Positions 35,538 through 46,978 of a stretch of 64,000 nucleotides of DNA are shown one piece after another. The DNA lies in contig NW_024704743.1 of NCBI RefSeq assembly GCF_018977255.1, forward strand, positions 37,450,001 to 37,514,000. The letters run 5' to 3'. Position 1 is the first letter of the stretch; each line of letters starts with the position of its first letter. A model generated the notes under the pieces. The model was not told the DNA's origin and did not search any database. It was given only the letters and a program-made list of their open reading frames with translations. This DNA is from Callorhinchus milii. Taxonomy: Eukaryota. The translations under genes and the position numbers were made by a program.

Positions 35538-36275
35538 GTGTCAGCCTTGGCTCAGTTGATAGAATTCTCATTCTAGGATTGAAGGTTGTGGTTCCAGCCG
35601 AACATCAGGGACTTTGATCTCACAGTTTAGGCTGACACTCCAGTGCAGTGCTGTCTGTACATTCAGATGAAATGCTCAGTGCCTTGGGATGTCCTCCCGA
35701 TGTGAAGGGAGCTCTATGAATGTAATTTTGTTGTTGTTGTTGTTGCTGAAACAGAGTTTCTCTTAGTGTCCTGGCCAACAATCCTCCAGATAAATTGATG
35801 GTTCACTTCATGGCAGATGATGGGATATTGACTTACAATGGAATGTTGGCTTCTGAGTTTGCCTATAATAATGATAATAAAAATAATTCTTGAATTTGAT
35901 TTAACATCTTAGCACTTCAAATGTCTCAAAGTGATTTATGGGCTTTATTGTGAAGTGTAGTGACTGTATTTTTAGATGAAAACAGCAGTGAATTTGTGCA
36001 CAGCAACATCCCACAAACAGCCATGAAGTGTTTTATCTGGGGAATGTTGGCCAGAACACCAGGAGAAGCTATCTTCTCTGTTTGAATTATACCATGGCAT
36101 CCACAGTAACAGACAGAGGGGACCTCGGGTCAACGTTTCATCTGAAGGACTGCAACTGTGACAGTGCTCTCTCAGCATTGTCAGAGCAGACCGTGATTTC
36201 AAAGTCCTACCATAAGACTTATACCCACAAACTTTTGACTCAGAGGCCTGAGTGCTACCAACTGAGCCAGGCTAA
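35538..36275. mobile_element. Two old Deu-type SINEs tail-to-tail (+ 35538-~35870, - ~35880-36275), with a short L2 tail at ~35678-35745
   Basis: tRNA heads at both outer ends (agccttggctcagttg; caactgagccaggct) with Deu bodies pointing inward. Confidence 0.65.
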
Positions 36276-36787
36276 GTGCTGTAAAGTGATTTAACCGATT
36301 TGATATTATCAATGTTATATCAAGTGCAAGCATATTATAAATAGATCTTAGAAATATCCTACAATTGTGGTATTACCATCAGCTTTGTCTTTCCATCTGC
36401 CTAGTCCTTGGCTTTTGCTGTTCTGCTTCTTTTATATTGGGGTGGATAAAGTGATCCTCAGGTAATCACTAATTGGTGTGTCACTGTCAGGAAACGTATC
36501 AAGCTGACTCGTAAGACCTTGGTTCCAGCTAGGGATGTCCTCCAAGCCAAAGTCTGTGAGTCAGCATGACGTACTGATGTGTAAAATCTGTCAAGAGACA
36601 AAACAATGTTCATGGTCTTAGCTTAAGGCTTAACCTTCAGATGATTGTTTTAAAATTGAAGACAAAAAAGTTCACCTTTGGCATTTCACTGTATGTAAGA
36701 ATACTGCTGCAGAATTCTGATATCTCCTGTACAGATTGTGTGTTACTAGTTACATATACACCATTTAACTTTCACAACACTGCAGTA

Positions 36788-37070
36788 AATAATAAGAATC
36801 CTTGAATTTGATATAGTACCTTATCATGTCTTCGAGATGTCTCAAAGCACTTCACAGAATATACTGTAAAGTGAATTGACCACATATTTGTGGGCGAATT
36901 GCTCACAGCAGTGTCCACAAACAGTCGTGGATTAAGAGACCAAATGATTATTATTACTTTTTTTCTTGAGAGATTATTATCAGAGGGGTGTAGTAAGGAA
37001 ACTTGCCCAAGATTTCGCCCTGCCGGGACGCAAACCCAGGTTTCTGCTTGCGAGGCGAATACCACAACCT
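36788..37070 (-). mobile_element. tRNA-Ala/CORE/Deu SINE, intermediate subfamily
   Basis: Internal block deleted but fully old-type tail (gagacatctcgaagacatgataagg). Confidence 0.85.
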
Positions 37071-37794
37071 GTGCAATAAAGTGCATTGATATGGTTTTAA
37101 AAGGCTAACTCAACAATGTTAGGAGCACCCACTGAGTTACACTCCAAAGGTCTAGCTTCTGTATAAGGTGAAAGGCTTTAGTAACGGTGCTTGATCTGGC
37201 AGACTCCTGCTTTGGATGGATTAACCCTCTGATAATTTCAGACTGCGTAGCTAACATTTTTCAAACTGTTTAACATTGGATGGATGACTTGAACGGGTAG
37301 AAATTTGGGTGAAGCCCAGATTTTCTGTTTAACAGCTGCTTTTCTCGCTGGGGTAAAATCCTTAATACATAACTCAATTTTATGAACGCCACTCAATCTA
37401 TCCCATGAACTGATTCTCACCTCTGTTAATAGTTGAGAGAAGCGTTTGAAAAACCCTGAGATTGTACAAGGTCCATGTGAAAATCTTTGTGCTGAACTTT
37501 TCTCAGTGTTGCAAGAAGACAAATGAATCTATTTCCAAATACTGTGGTTCAGTCTTTCTTCAGGGAGCTTCATCCACTGGGTGTAGGTTGTTGCAGTCTG
37601 CCTGACCCACAAACTACCTAACCCACTCCTGCTTCTGTGAGGTGCTGAGGTAAACATTACTCCCATACCTCTAATGGTTCCCAGTACCCCAGTAGATCAA
37701 AAAGAGAAGGGAGTATCTCCTAGAGTTCTGGCCAACAACCTCCCAGATAAAAATATATCAAATATATCAAATGTAAGGATAATAATATTATTAT

Positions 37795-38412
37795 TTTTAA
37801 GATCCCTGCCCTTACCTTCAAATCCCTTGTCTCGCTCCATAGCCATTGCAATTTATTCAACCCTCTCCTCCTGCCTCCACTCTACTACTCTTTGTTCACC
37901 CCTGCTGGCCTATATTGGCTGAACCTTTAGCTACCATGCCATGTACTCGGGAATTCTCTCCCAATATCTCCTTGCTTGCTTCCTCACTTCATACATTCAA
38001 TGCCATTTTTAAAAAAAATCTTCATTCAAGCACCCGCATTACTCCAGTCCTCGCCCAGCTCTATTGGCCCCCTAACACAGAACGGATCAATTTCAAGCTC
38101 CTCACACTCACTTACAATTCACTTTATTCCCTAGCACCTCTCCTACCTCCTCAAATCCTACTCTATTTGTCCTTCTGCCACATCCACATCCTCCAACCTC
38201 TCTGCTCCACTACCTTCAGCCACTACGCCCCCTCTCTTGCCCCCTTATTAGCCGTCTTCAATTCACACCTGAAGACTTTCCTCTTCAACCGTGCCTCCCG
38301 TCAGCTCCCCTTCCTCCCTGCTTGGCTCAGTATCAAACTCTTACATTGTTCAACACTCTGACACACTGGGTCATGTGAAGGGTGCTATCTAAATGCAAAT
38401 TATTGTTGTTCG
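37795..38412 (+). mobile_element. Two tandem old L2 3' fragments
   Basis: ITPVLAQLYWPP…INFKLLTLTY…HLKTFLF; L2 tail. Confidence 0.7.
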
Positions 38413-38784
38413 TTAGTGTTGATAAATCTTTTTATTTGCTCCTCAGTTCTCTCTATAATATCTGTTAAGCATTTTGAGATGTTTATCCAATGTGATAGAG
38501 ACTACACGGGTACACTTATTGCTTAAAAAGGTGGGGAGAAAGAGGTATTTCCCCACAGAAGGAAAGTAAAAACTAGAGTCATCGTCAGGCTGCTCGTGAC
38601 CTCCATCTAATGGTCATTTCAACAACAGCAAGACTACCCTTTAACCTGCAGTTTGTCTTTGATATGGGAAGGCCTGCAGATAAGAGTGGGAGAAATAGTG
38701 AAAAATAAAAGGAAAGATAGTTAAATACCTTCTATACCTGGTCGTGAATATCAAACGTGAATGTCAAGAATAGGTTAGTTTTGT

Positions 38785-39314
38785 CTGGGTTATCTAGTTA
38801 CTTCACTGTCTGACATTGCAGTAAATGGTGTAACTGTAACTTGTGGTCAAGGTCATTCTGTTTGCAAGCGCTCTGGGACACCGCCCTGTGTGAGGGGCGC
38901 TAAATATATGCACATTGTTATTCTTGTCTTCTAGCTATGTGAGGGCTACAGCCAGATATGTCACTGCCCTCATGTGGCTATAGGTAGTAAAGAGCTTCTC
39001 GTGCCTCGTCTTTTTGCAAATCTGTATTGATTTTCTGATGCTGTTCTGATTTTGCTTATCAATCCTTTGAGGTGATCTCCAGCGTACAATAACATCACCA
39101 GACACTTTCCAACCTAATGTTTCTTGTGTCTTGTTGGCCAGAAGTAACCTCAGGCAGAAGCTGGCATTCATTTTAGTTCTAAAAGCATGAGGATATTACA
39201 GAAACCAATTTTAAGTGGAATATTGGCCCAACTGGGTTATCTAGTTACTTCACTGACTGGCATTGCATGTGATGGTGTTACTGTAACTTAGAGTCAAGGT
39301 CATTCTGTTTGCAA
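38785..39314 (+). repeat. 83-bp direct repeat (38785-38867 / 39232-39314)
   Basis: About 73/83 identity by eye; first copy runs directly into a ~55-bp L2-type tail. Confidence 0.9.
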
Positions 39315-39697
39315 TAGAATATTTGGCTGTAATCTCATTGATTTTTAGAGGCCAAAATATCTTGGATACTCAATTGTCATCTTTTATGACCAGGTGTGGT
39401 AATGATTTAAACAATTCTCCTTTAATTATATTGTGAAGGTTCAAACTCCTCTGTATAACTAAGTTTTCCCCTCTTTGTTTCTGGTTCCCCTCTCTCCCCA
39501 CGATTGCTAAAGACCAACTCCACATTGGAGTGTGGGCAGCTGAACTGTCATTGCCTCACCAATTTTTTAACTTTTTAACCATTGTATTGAGAGTATCAGA
39601 GCACTGACACCAAGGCCTATTGTACTGCACTCTGCTCACACGAACATGCTTAGATTTGTTATGTAATTGGCAAGGTTGTAATTTTCTATTTTGACAG

Positions 39698-39735
39698 CAA
39701 GGTCCTGAACATCTTTGATATATACCACCCTTCAG
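39698..39735 (+). CDS. Candidate 38-bp exon
   Basis: ttttctattttgacag acceptor, CAG|GTAAGA donor; one open frame (KVLNIFDIYHPS). Confidence 0.25.
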
Positions 39736-40494
39736 GTAAGAGAACTAACTCCTAACCTTACTCTGAAATTATCAACAAAGGTGCTGGACATCAAATTTAG
39801 AACAGCAGACTTTCAGCACATAAAAAATTTCAGAACAATCTTGATGCATATTTCTCTTAACAAAAGCTCCTTTTTCCACAAGCCTATCCTATACACTTCA
39901 AAACATTCCTCTTGATTATCAACCAATTTCCTATTTACTGCTAGGTAAACAGAGGGATGTGGAGTAAGGAAACTGGCCTAAGGTTAGCCTAGACTGTGAC
40001 TTCAAAGTATTGGCAACCATCTGAACCCACAGCCTTCACATGCCCAAGTTTCCAAGATTCCTGATATGTTTCCCTCAGCATCTTTCAAGGTACACAGTTC
40101 TTCCTATTGTTAGGAATTATCAGTCACAGATGTTTTATCTCTCCAGTCAACATTTTACTTGTTTACCTTTCACACCAACAACTCAATGAATGTTATCTGT
40201 TTAACCCACTCCAATGCTGCATTGCACTGAACCTGCCGAGAGCTGTTTTTCACCTCACTTAATGCCCAAGCACGAAGCCACATTGCAGTAAAATTCAAAC
40301 TGAAACGATTTTTTTTTAATCAATGTTTCACTGGATCAATCCCTTCATGATCAATCGTCCTTGTTAAAGAGGCATCACAGCACAACACACAAAGCACCAG
40401 TCATGGTACTGCTTTACTGCAATGTCATTAACACATTCCCTGTCACAACTCTTCACACTGTGCATTTGTTTAACCCTAATATTGCCTCAATAAT

Positions 40495-40810
40495 AATAAT
40501 AATAAATGACATTTGTACATCGCCTTTCAAGTCGGGAGGACGTCACAAGGAGCTGCACCCGAGCTAGGGGTTAGGATCAGGAAGGGGTGGAGGGCAGGGA
40601 GGGTAGGGGCGAGAGGCTGACCAATGGCGCTGTCGAAGAGGAGGTCTTGAGTCGAGGCTTGAAGGATGCAAGGGAGGGAACGAAGGGAAGGGACTGTGGG
40701 ATGAAGTTCCAAAGGTTAGGGCAGAGAGGCTGAAGGTCCGATTGCCAGTGGCGGGGTGGGCTGGGCGGGGCAAATGGAGCAGACTGGAGCCTGCTGAGCG
40801 GAGGGAGTGA
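40495..40810 (-). mobile_element. L2 3' end
   Basis: Reverse complement of the L2 ORF2 end and hairpin tail. Confidence 0.8.
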
Positions 40811-41160
40811 ATAACCAGAGAGTAACAGAGCCAGGTTTAGTACATTTGAAATAGGTCATCCAAAATTTGTGAAGAGAAAGATCCAACATTGAACACAGAT
40901 TTATTGACTCTTCCAATTGTTTTGACAGTAGTTGGGGACAACACTGTTTTCCCTGGACGGCTTGGCTGTCCCTTGTATACGATTTTCAAGGACATAGTTT
41001 CCTCTAATTCGGCATGGTTTTCTGCACTCTGATTTCAAACTTAAAGAGTTTTTTTTTGCCAGCAGTTCCTTCACATGTCCTTTAATAAATAGCTTGCTCT
41101 CTCTTTTGGTTTGATATTCTTGACAATTTCACAATTGAGTCCTGTAGTCCTGTAGCTTGA

Positions 41161-41533
41161 GGAGTCCTGCAGCTTAGTGGTTAGAGCACTCGCCTAGCAA
41201 GTGAGAGACCTGGGTTCGATTACGGGCAAGGTGAAACGTTGAGCAAGTTTCCTTACACCACACGCCTCTGTTTACCTAGCAGTAAGTAGGAACCTGATTG
41301 TTAGTCGATTTGCAGATTACTTTTCCAGGCGTTATAATCCCTTCCAAAAAAAATTATAATTTGGTCACTCAATCCACGACTGTTTTTGAGACACTGCTGT
41401 ACGCAATTGGCTGCCGTGGTTCACCCACAAAATATACAGTCAATTCACTGTACAGTATATTCTGCAAAGTTCTTTGAGACGTCTCGAAGATGTGATAAGG
41501 TGTGATATCAAATGCAAGGATTATTATTATTAT
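41161..41533 (+). mobile_element. tRNA-Ala/CORE/Deu SINE, old long subfamily, full length
   Basis: Head, complete internal block gcctctgtttacctagcagtaagtaggaacc…, old tail, (ATT)n. Confidence 0.92.
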
Positions 41534-42689
41534 CTATCTGCTTAAACAGTTCAATCTCTTTGCCTCTGCAGGGTGATTCACAGGACTGCTCTTTGGCTGC
41601 AACCAGTACATGTCTATTCAATGTCAGCCAGGCATATTTGTTGTTTGAAACAATTAATATAATAAACTTTTAACCCCTGCTGGATTGTGTTGTAACCTCA
41701 GAGAACTTTGGAGTGCTTCCTGGTGGTGGTAGTTTTGTTGATTCCTGTCTTATCTGGCATGGTCAGCTTTTCATTTTATTACTTATTTGGGTAATTTGAT
41801 TTAAACGTTAAATTGTTTTAACTGCCTGAGGCAATTTGAAGTATGGGCTGCAAAATTTAGTAATAATAAATAATCCTTGCATTTGAGATAGTGTCGTCGA
41901 AATATCTTAAAGCGCTTCACAGAATTTCACTGTAAAGTGACCATATTTACAAGCAGCTGAATGCCTACTCTTCTCCTTTCCATCTAAAATTAATAATTAT
42001 TGCCCAAGTAGATAACCCCAAGCTAAAACAATACATCAACTCCACACGGAAACTGATTATAATCCATCATGAACTTGCGTAGTTTGTAAATACAGATACT
42101 AAACCCTGCATGCAATTAGATACACAGCGATGGCTCACAAACAGCCATGAAGTGAATGATCAATTTTATTTGGGGGATTGTTGGGAAATACCCCTCAACA
42201 TCTCCCTGAACAGTAATTGGGATTTTGTTTAATGTCTCATCCAACGGACAGCACATCCAACAATGCAGCCCCCAACCCTCACCAACAACCCCACCACACA
42301 CCCAGCACTGCATTGGAGTGTCAGCCCAGCTTGTGATATTGTTTTAACATCTCATCCAAAGGATGGCATTCCCCAGATAGGTTTTGAAAAAGGATATTTG
42401 AAAATTGTAGAAATTGACAACTCCAATTGTGCAACTGAATCAAACTCAGTGATGTTTGTCAACATAAACCGTGTTAATTGCTTAGAATAGAATTTAGAGC
42501 AGTTTATTTCTTACACTATATTACTACTGTACTTCAGGTTTATTTTTAGGGTTAAGAGCAGGGTTTTATACTCACCACGAAACTCTTAGGATTTAACTGA
42601 GTGACTTAGTAAGGAGGATATAGGGGCCCAATTTGCAGAATTTGCTAACTGTATATAAATCTGTGGACAGAGGGAATTACAGTGCTCAT

Positions 42690-43165
42690 TGTAATGTAGG
42701 AAAAGAGGTGTCGAAGAAAGCCATTCAGCCCATTGAGCCTGTTCCAACAGTTTATTATCTCAAGGAAGATCTTTTATAAAAATAATAATCCTTGCATTTG
42801 TTTCATTCAAAACATCTCATAATGTCAAGGTGTTTCATAGGATTTTGTTGTGAAGTGTAATAACTGCAAATTTGTAGGCGAACAAATGTCTTTCACTGTA
42901 CCTCTTAATACCTCTAAGGTACTACCCAAGAATCTAACTCTCTCTCCTAAACATCTCTATTGATTATGCTTCTGCAGCTTTCTGGGGCACAGCATTGCAC
43001 ATCTTCACATCCCTCTGTGTGAAGAAATGCTTCCTGACTTCAGTTCAAGCTGGCTCTGATTTTAAGGCTGTAACCGATTCCTCTACCAAAGGTAAGCGTG
43101 GTCCACTATCTAGTCGGTGTCCTTTCATTATTTTAAATCCCTCTTAATTCTGTAATCTCTCTCAT
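42690..43165 (-). mobile_element. CR1 3' end with an embedded SINE tail
   Basis: Minus strand gives EVRKHFFTQRDVKMCNAVPQKAAEA; 3' UTR 'gccattcagccc'. Confidence 0.65.
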
Positions 43166-43894
43166 TGGTTGTTCTGTGAAGCGCTTTGAGACGTCTCAAC
43201 GACGTGATAAAGTGCTATATCAAATGCAAGGATTATTATTATTATTATTACATAATAGCACGTTATTTCTTCTCAACACACAGACTTGTGTTTGATTATT
43301 TGAACCTGTGATTTAGACCCACATTGTACATCAGGTGAATTTCACGACTTGGCAAGTGAGATTCATTTTCTGACTGGCCCAGAGGTTACGATTGCTTCTG
43401 TATACGGTGACCTTTTTTTTTGTGTGTGGGATTGTATTAGGCAAACACCTTATATACCCTTAAGCACCTTAAATTTCCTAGAGTTTGCTGGAAATGAAAA
43501 GGATTTAAAGTTTTGCGCAATTAATCAGGCGCTACAAATAATATACACATTCGGAAAGAAAGAGTGGGGGGAGAAACGCTTTAAACCACACATTTCGGAT
43601 TTCAGCAAAAGAAGGAAATCGACTCGAAGGGCTCCAGCAATTATATTAATCCTTGAATTCAGCGTTTTGCAAACAATTTGCAGGTACCTGCGGCGTGCAA
43701 ACCAGCTGGTGACAGAGAGATGCTGTCTTTTAATACATGACCTGCTGGTTGCTGTTCACCGTTACAAAAGTCCATCAATCCAACACGTTCTGAGGAAACA
43801 ACAAAAAAAGAGAAGAAATCCCATTCTGCCCCAAACGAATGGCATTAGCAGGTGTTTTAACAGTGGGGAGGGGAGAGATGAGAGGAAGATGTTA

Positions 43895-43910
43895 GCTGTA
43901 GAGGGCGCTG
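43895..43910 (+). promoter_or_regulatory. CTCF-like motif
   Basis: GCTGTAGAGGGCGCTG is close to the CCASYAGRKGGCRS core; lies just upstream of the minisatellite. Confidence 0.4.
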
Positions 43911-43937
43911 CTGTGATGTCCAGAGCAGATCTGGCAG

Positions 43938-45658
43938 GTGTGTGTGTGTGTGTGTATGTGTATGAGCTGGTGCTGCTCTGGCTCTGCTCTGGCTCAGTCT
44001 CTCTCTCTCTCTCTCTCTGTGAGTTGGTGCTGGTGCTGCTCTGGCTCTGCTCTGGCTCAGTGTCTCTGTGTGTGTGTGTGTGTGAGTTGGTGCTGGTGCT
44101 GCTCTGGCTCTGCTCTGGCTCAGTGTCTCTCTCTCTCTCTGTGAGTTGGTGCTGGTGCTGCTCTGGCTCTGCTCTGGCTCAGTGTCTCTCTGTGTGAGTG
44201 TGTGAGTTGGTGCTGGTGCTGCTCTGGCTCTGCTCTGGCTCAGTGTCTGTGTGTGTGTGTGTGTGAGTTGGTGCTGGTGCTGCTCTGGCTCTGCTCTGGC
44301 TCAGTGTCTCTCTCTCTCTGTCTCTCTCTGTGTGTGTGAGTGTGTGAGTTGGTGCTGGTGCTGCTCTGGCTCAGTGTCTGTGTGTGTGTGTGAGCTGGTG
44401 CTGCTCTGGCTCAGTGTTTCTGTGTGTCTGTGTGTGTGTGTGTGTGTGAGTTGGTGCTGGTGCTGCTCTGGCTCAGTGTCTGTGTGTGTGTGAGTTGGTG
44501 CTGGTGCTGCTCTGGCTCAGTGTTTCTGTGTGTGTGTGTGTGAGAGAGTGTGTGAGTTGGTGCAGGTGCTGCTCTGGCTCAGTGTCTGTGTGTGTGTGAG
44601 TGTGTGAGTTGGTGCTGCTCTGGCTCTGCTCTGGCTCAGTGTCTCTCTCTCTGTGTGTGAGTGTGTGAGCTGGTGCTGGTGCTGCTCTGGCTCTGCTCTG
44701 GCTCAGTGTCTCTCTCTCTCTCTCTGTGTGAGTGTGTGAGGGTGCTGGTGCTGCTCTGGCTCAGTCTCTCTCTCTCTCTGTGTGAGTGTGTGAGTTGGTG
44801 CAGGTGCTGCTCTGGCTCTGCTCTGGCTCAGTCTCTCTCTCTCTCTCTGTGAGTGTGTGAGTTGGTGCTGGTGCTGCTCTGGCTCAGTTTCTCTCTCTGT
44901 GTGTGTGAGTTGGTGCAGGTGCTGCTCTGGCTCTGCTCTGGCTCAGTGTCTCTCTCTCTCTCTGTGTGAGTGTGTGAGTTGGTGCTGGTGCTGCTCTGGC
45001 TCTGTGTGTGTGTGTGTGTGAGCTGGTGCTGCTCTGGCTCAGTGTCTGTGTGTGTGTGAGTGTGTGAGTTGGTGCTGCTCTGGCTCTGCTCTGGCTCAGT
45101 GTCTCTCTCTCTCTGTGTGAGTGTGTGAGTTGGTGCTGTTCTGGCTCTGCTCTGCCTCAGTGTCTCTCTCTCTCTCTGTGTGAGTGTGTGAGTTGGTGCT
45201 GCTCTGGCTCTGCTCTGGCTCAGTCTCTCTCTCTCTCTGTGTGTGAGTGTGTGAACTGGTGCTGCTCTGGCTCTGCTCTGGCTCAGTGTTTCTGTGTGTG
45301 TGTGTGTGTGTGAGAGTGTGTGAGTTGGTGCTGGTGCTGCTCTGGCTCTGCTCTGGCTGAGTCTCTCTCTCTCTGTGTGTGAGTGTGTGAGTTGGTGCTG
45401 GCTCTGCTCTGGCTCAGTCTCTCTCTCTCTGTGTGTGAGTGTGTGAGTTGGTGCTGGTGCTGCTCTGGCTCAGTGTCTCTCTCTGTGTGTGAGTGTGTGA
45501 GTTGGTGCTGGTGCTGCTCTGGCTCAGTGTTTCTGTGTGTGTGTGTGTGTGTGAGAGTGTGTGAGTTGGTGCTGGTGCTGCTCTGGCTCTGCTCTGGCTC
45601 AGTCTCTCTCTCTCTGTGTGTGAGTGTGTGAGTTGGTGCTGGTGCTGCTCTGGCTCAG

Positions 45659-45690
<32 letters not shown>

Positions 45691-45692
45691 AG
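43938..45692. repeat. Compound minisatellite, ~29 units of ~45-75 bp
   Basis: Unit (TG)n-AGTTGGTGCTGGTGCTGCTCTGGCTCTGCTCTGGCTCAGT-(CT)n with variable microsatellite lengths. Confidence 0.97.
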
Positions 45693-45909
45693 TGCAGTCA
45701 GGGCAGTGCAGACTCAATTCCAGCCACAGCCGCTGCGCTGAGTATGGAGTGCATCTTCCAACCCGGGATCCACAGACCTCACCGTACCCATCGCCACTGC
45801 TAAAGTGCAGCAGCAGCAGCAGCAACGCAAAAAAGAAACAGCCCCACACAACAAGACTACTGACACATCACCGGAGTCACAGCATCTCTACGGGTCGCCT
45901 GCAAACCAG
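45693..45909 (+). other. Probable non-coding first exon / TSS region of an unidentified gene
   Basis: Locally CpG- and GC-rich, (CAG)5, CAG|GTATAA donor, TE-free surroundings; only a 19-aa ATG ORF. Confidence 0.4.
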
Positions 45910-46574
45910 GTATAACCCCCTCACCCCCGTATTGCTTCACCCCGTGCAATGGATGGATGAGTTTGGGAATTCTCAGGCTGAGTGAGACACCTCTCACAAC
46001 TTTGCAAGGACACAAATTGTGCAGTGGCACAATTTTATTTTATTGCACGTGTGAAACCATAAGACAGAGACAATTGTACGGGGTGGTGGTGGGGTGTGTG
46101 TGTGTGTGTGGGGGGGGTGGGGGGTGTTGGTGGTGGTGGTGTGTGGGAGGAACACACCAATTCCTGCTTTGGTCTTTTGTTTTGTTTTTGTAATTCGAAA
46201 CGTTATCTTTTTTTTTTGCAAAACTTGTCCTTTTGTTTCCTTTCGCGAAGTAGAAGTAAAATGTACGCGATCATAAAATCGGTTGTGGAACAAAAAAAAA
46301 TGATTCGTTGCAAGTTGTGAAGAGCGGAGTGGAGTGGAGTGGAGTGGATGGAGCGACTCCGCAACACTTTCATGCAACATTGACTTTGGTCTCTGAATCC
46401 TTCCCATTTGCAAAAGGTAACTTCACAGCTCCAGAGTTCCTCCACCTGGTCTCCCAAGAGGGCAGACTGACAGCTCAGAGCACTCACATCACATAGGGTT
46501 AACTGTAAGAAAGTACGTTCAGAGAATTGGAATACATTTTAAAATGCTCTGCGATTAACACTTGTTAGTTTATA

Positions 46575-46978
46575 CATGCACATGCCACACCATGCACATG
46601 CCAAACCATGCACATGCCACACCATGCACATGCCAAACCATGCACATGCCAAACCATGCACATGCCACACCATGCACATGCCAAAACATGCACATGCCAA
46701 ACCATGCACATGCCAAAACATGCACATGCCAAACCATGCACATGCCAAACCATGCACATGCCAAACCATGCACATGCCAAACCATGCACATGCCAAAACA
46801 TGCACATGCCAAAACATGCACATGCCAAAACATGCACATGCCAAAACATGCACATGCTAAATAAAACATACACATGCTAAAACATACACATGCTAAAACA
46901 TACACATGCTAAAACATACACATGCTAAAACATACACATGCTAAAACATACACATGCTAATATATACACAATAACAAA
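46575..46978. repeat. 16-bp tandem repeat
   Basis: About 18 x CATGCACATGCCA(C/A)A(C/A), then about 6 x CATACACATGCTAAAA, decaying to ~47130. Confidence 0.97.

Noticed and set aside
38785..39314. Miniature LTR element (TRIM) explanation for the direct repeats, also at 49563-50038
   Set aside because: No TG…CA pair of ends, PBS or polypurine tract seen, and the two repeat pairs are unrelated in sequence.
43349..45631. Long Cys/Leu/Ser-rich ORFs including the 282-aa one
   Set aside because: Mostly produced by the A-poor minisatellite, which is depleted of stop codons; no domain recognisable.
43938..46978. Repeat arrays as CRISPR-like loci
   Set aside because: No unique spacers, no cas genes, eukaryotic context.
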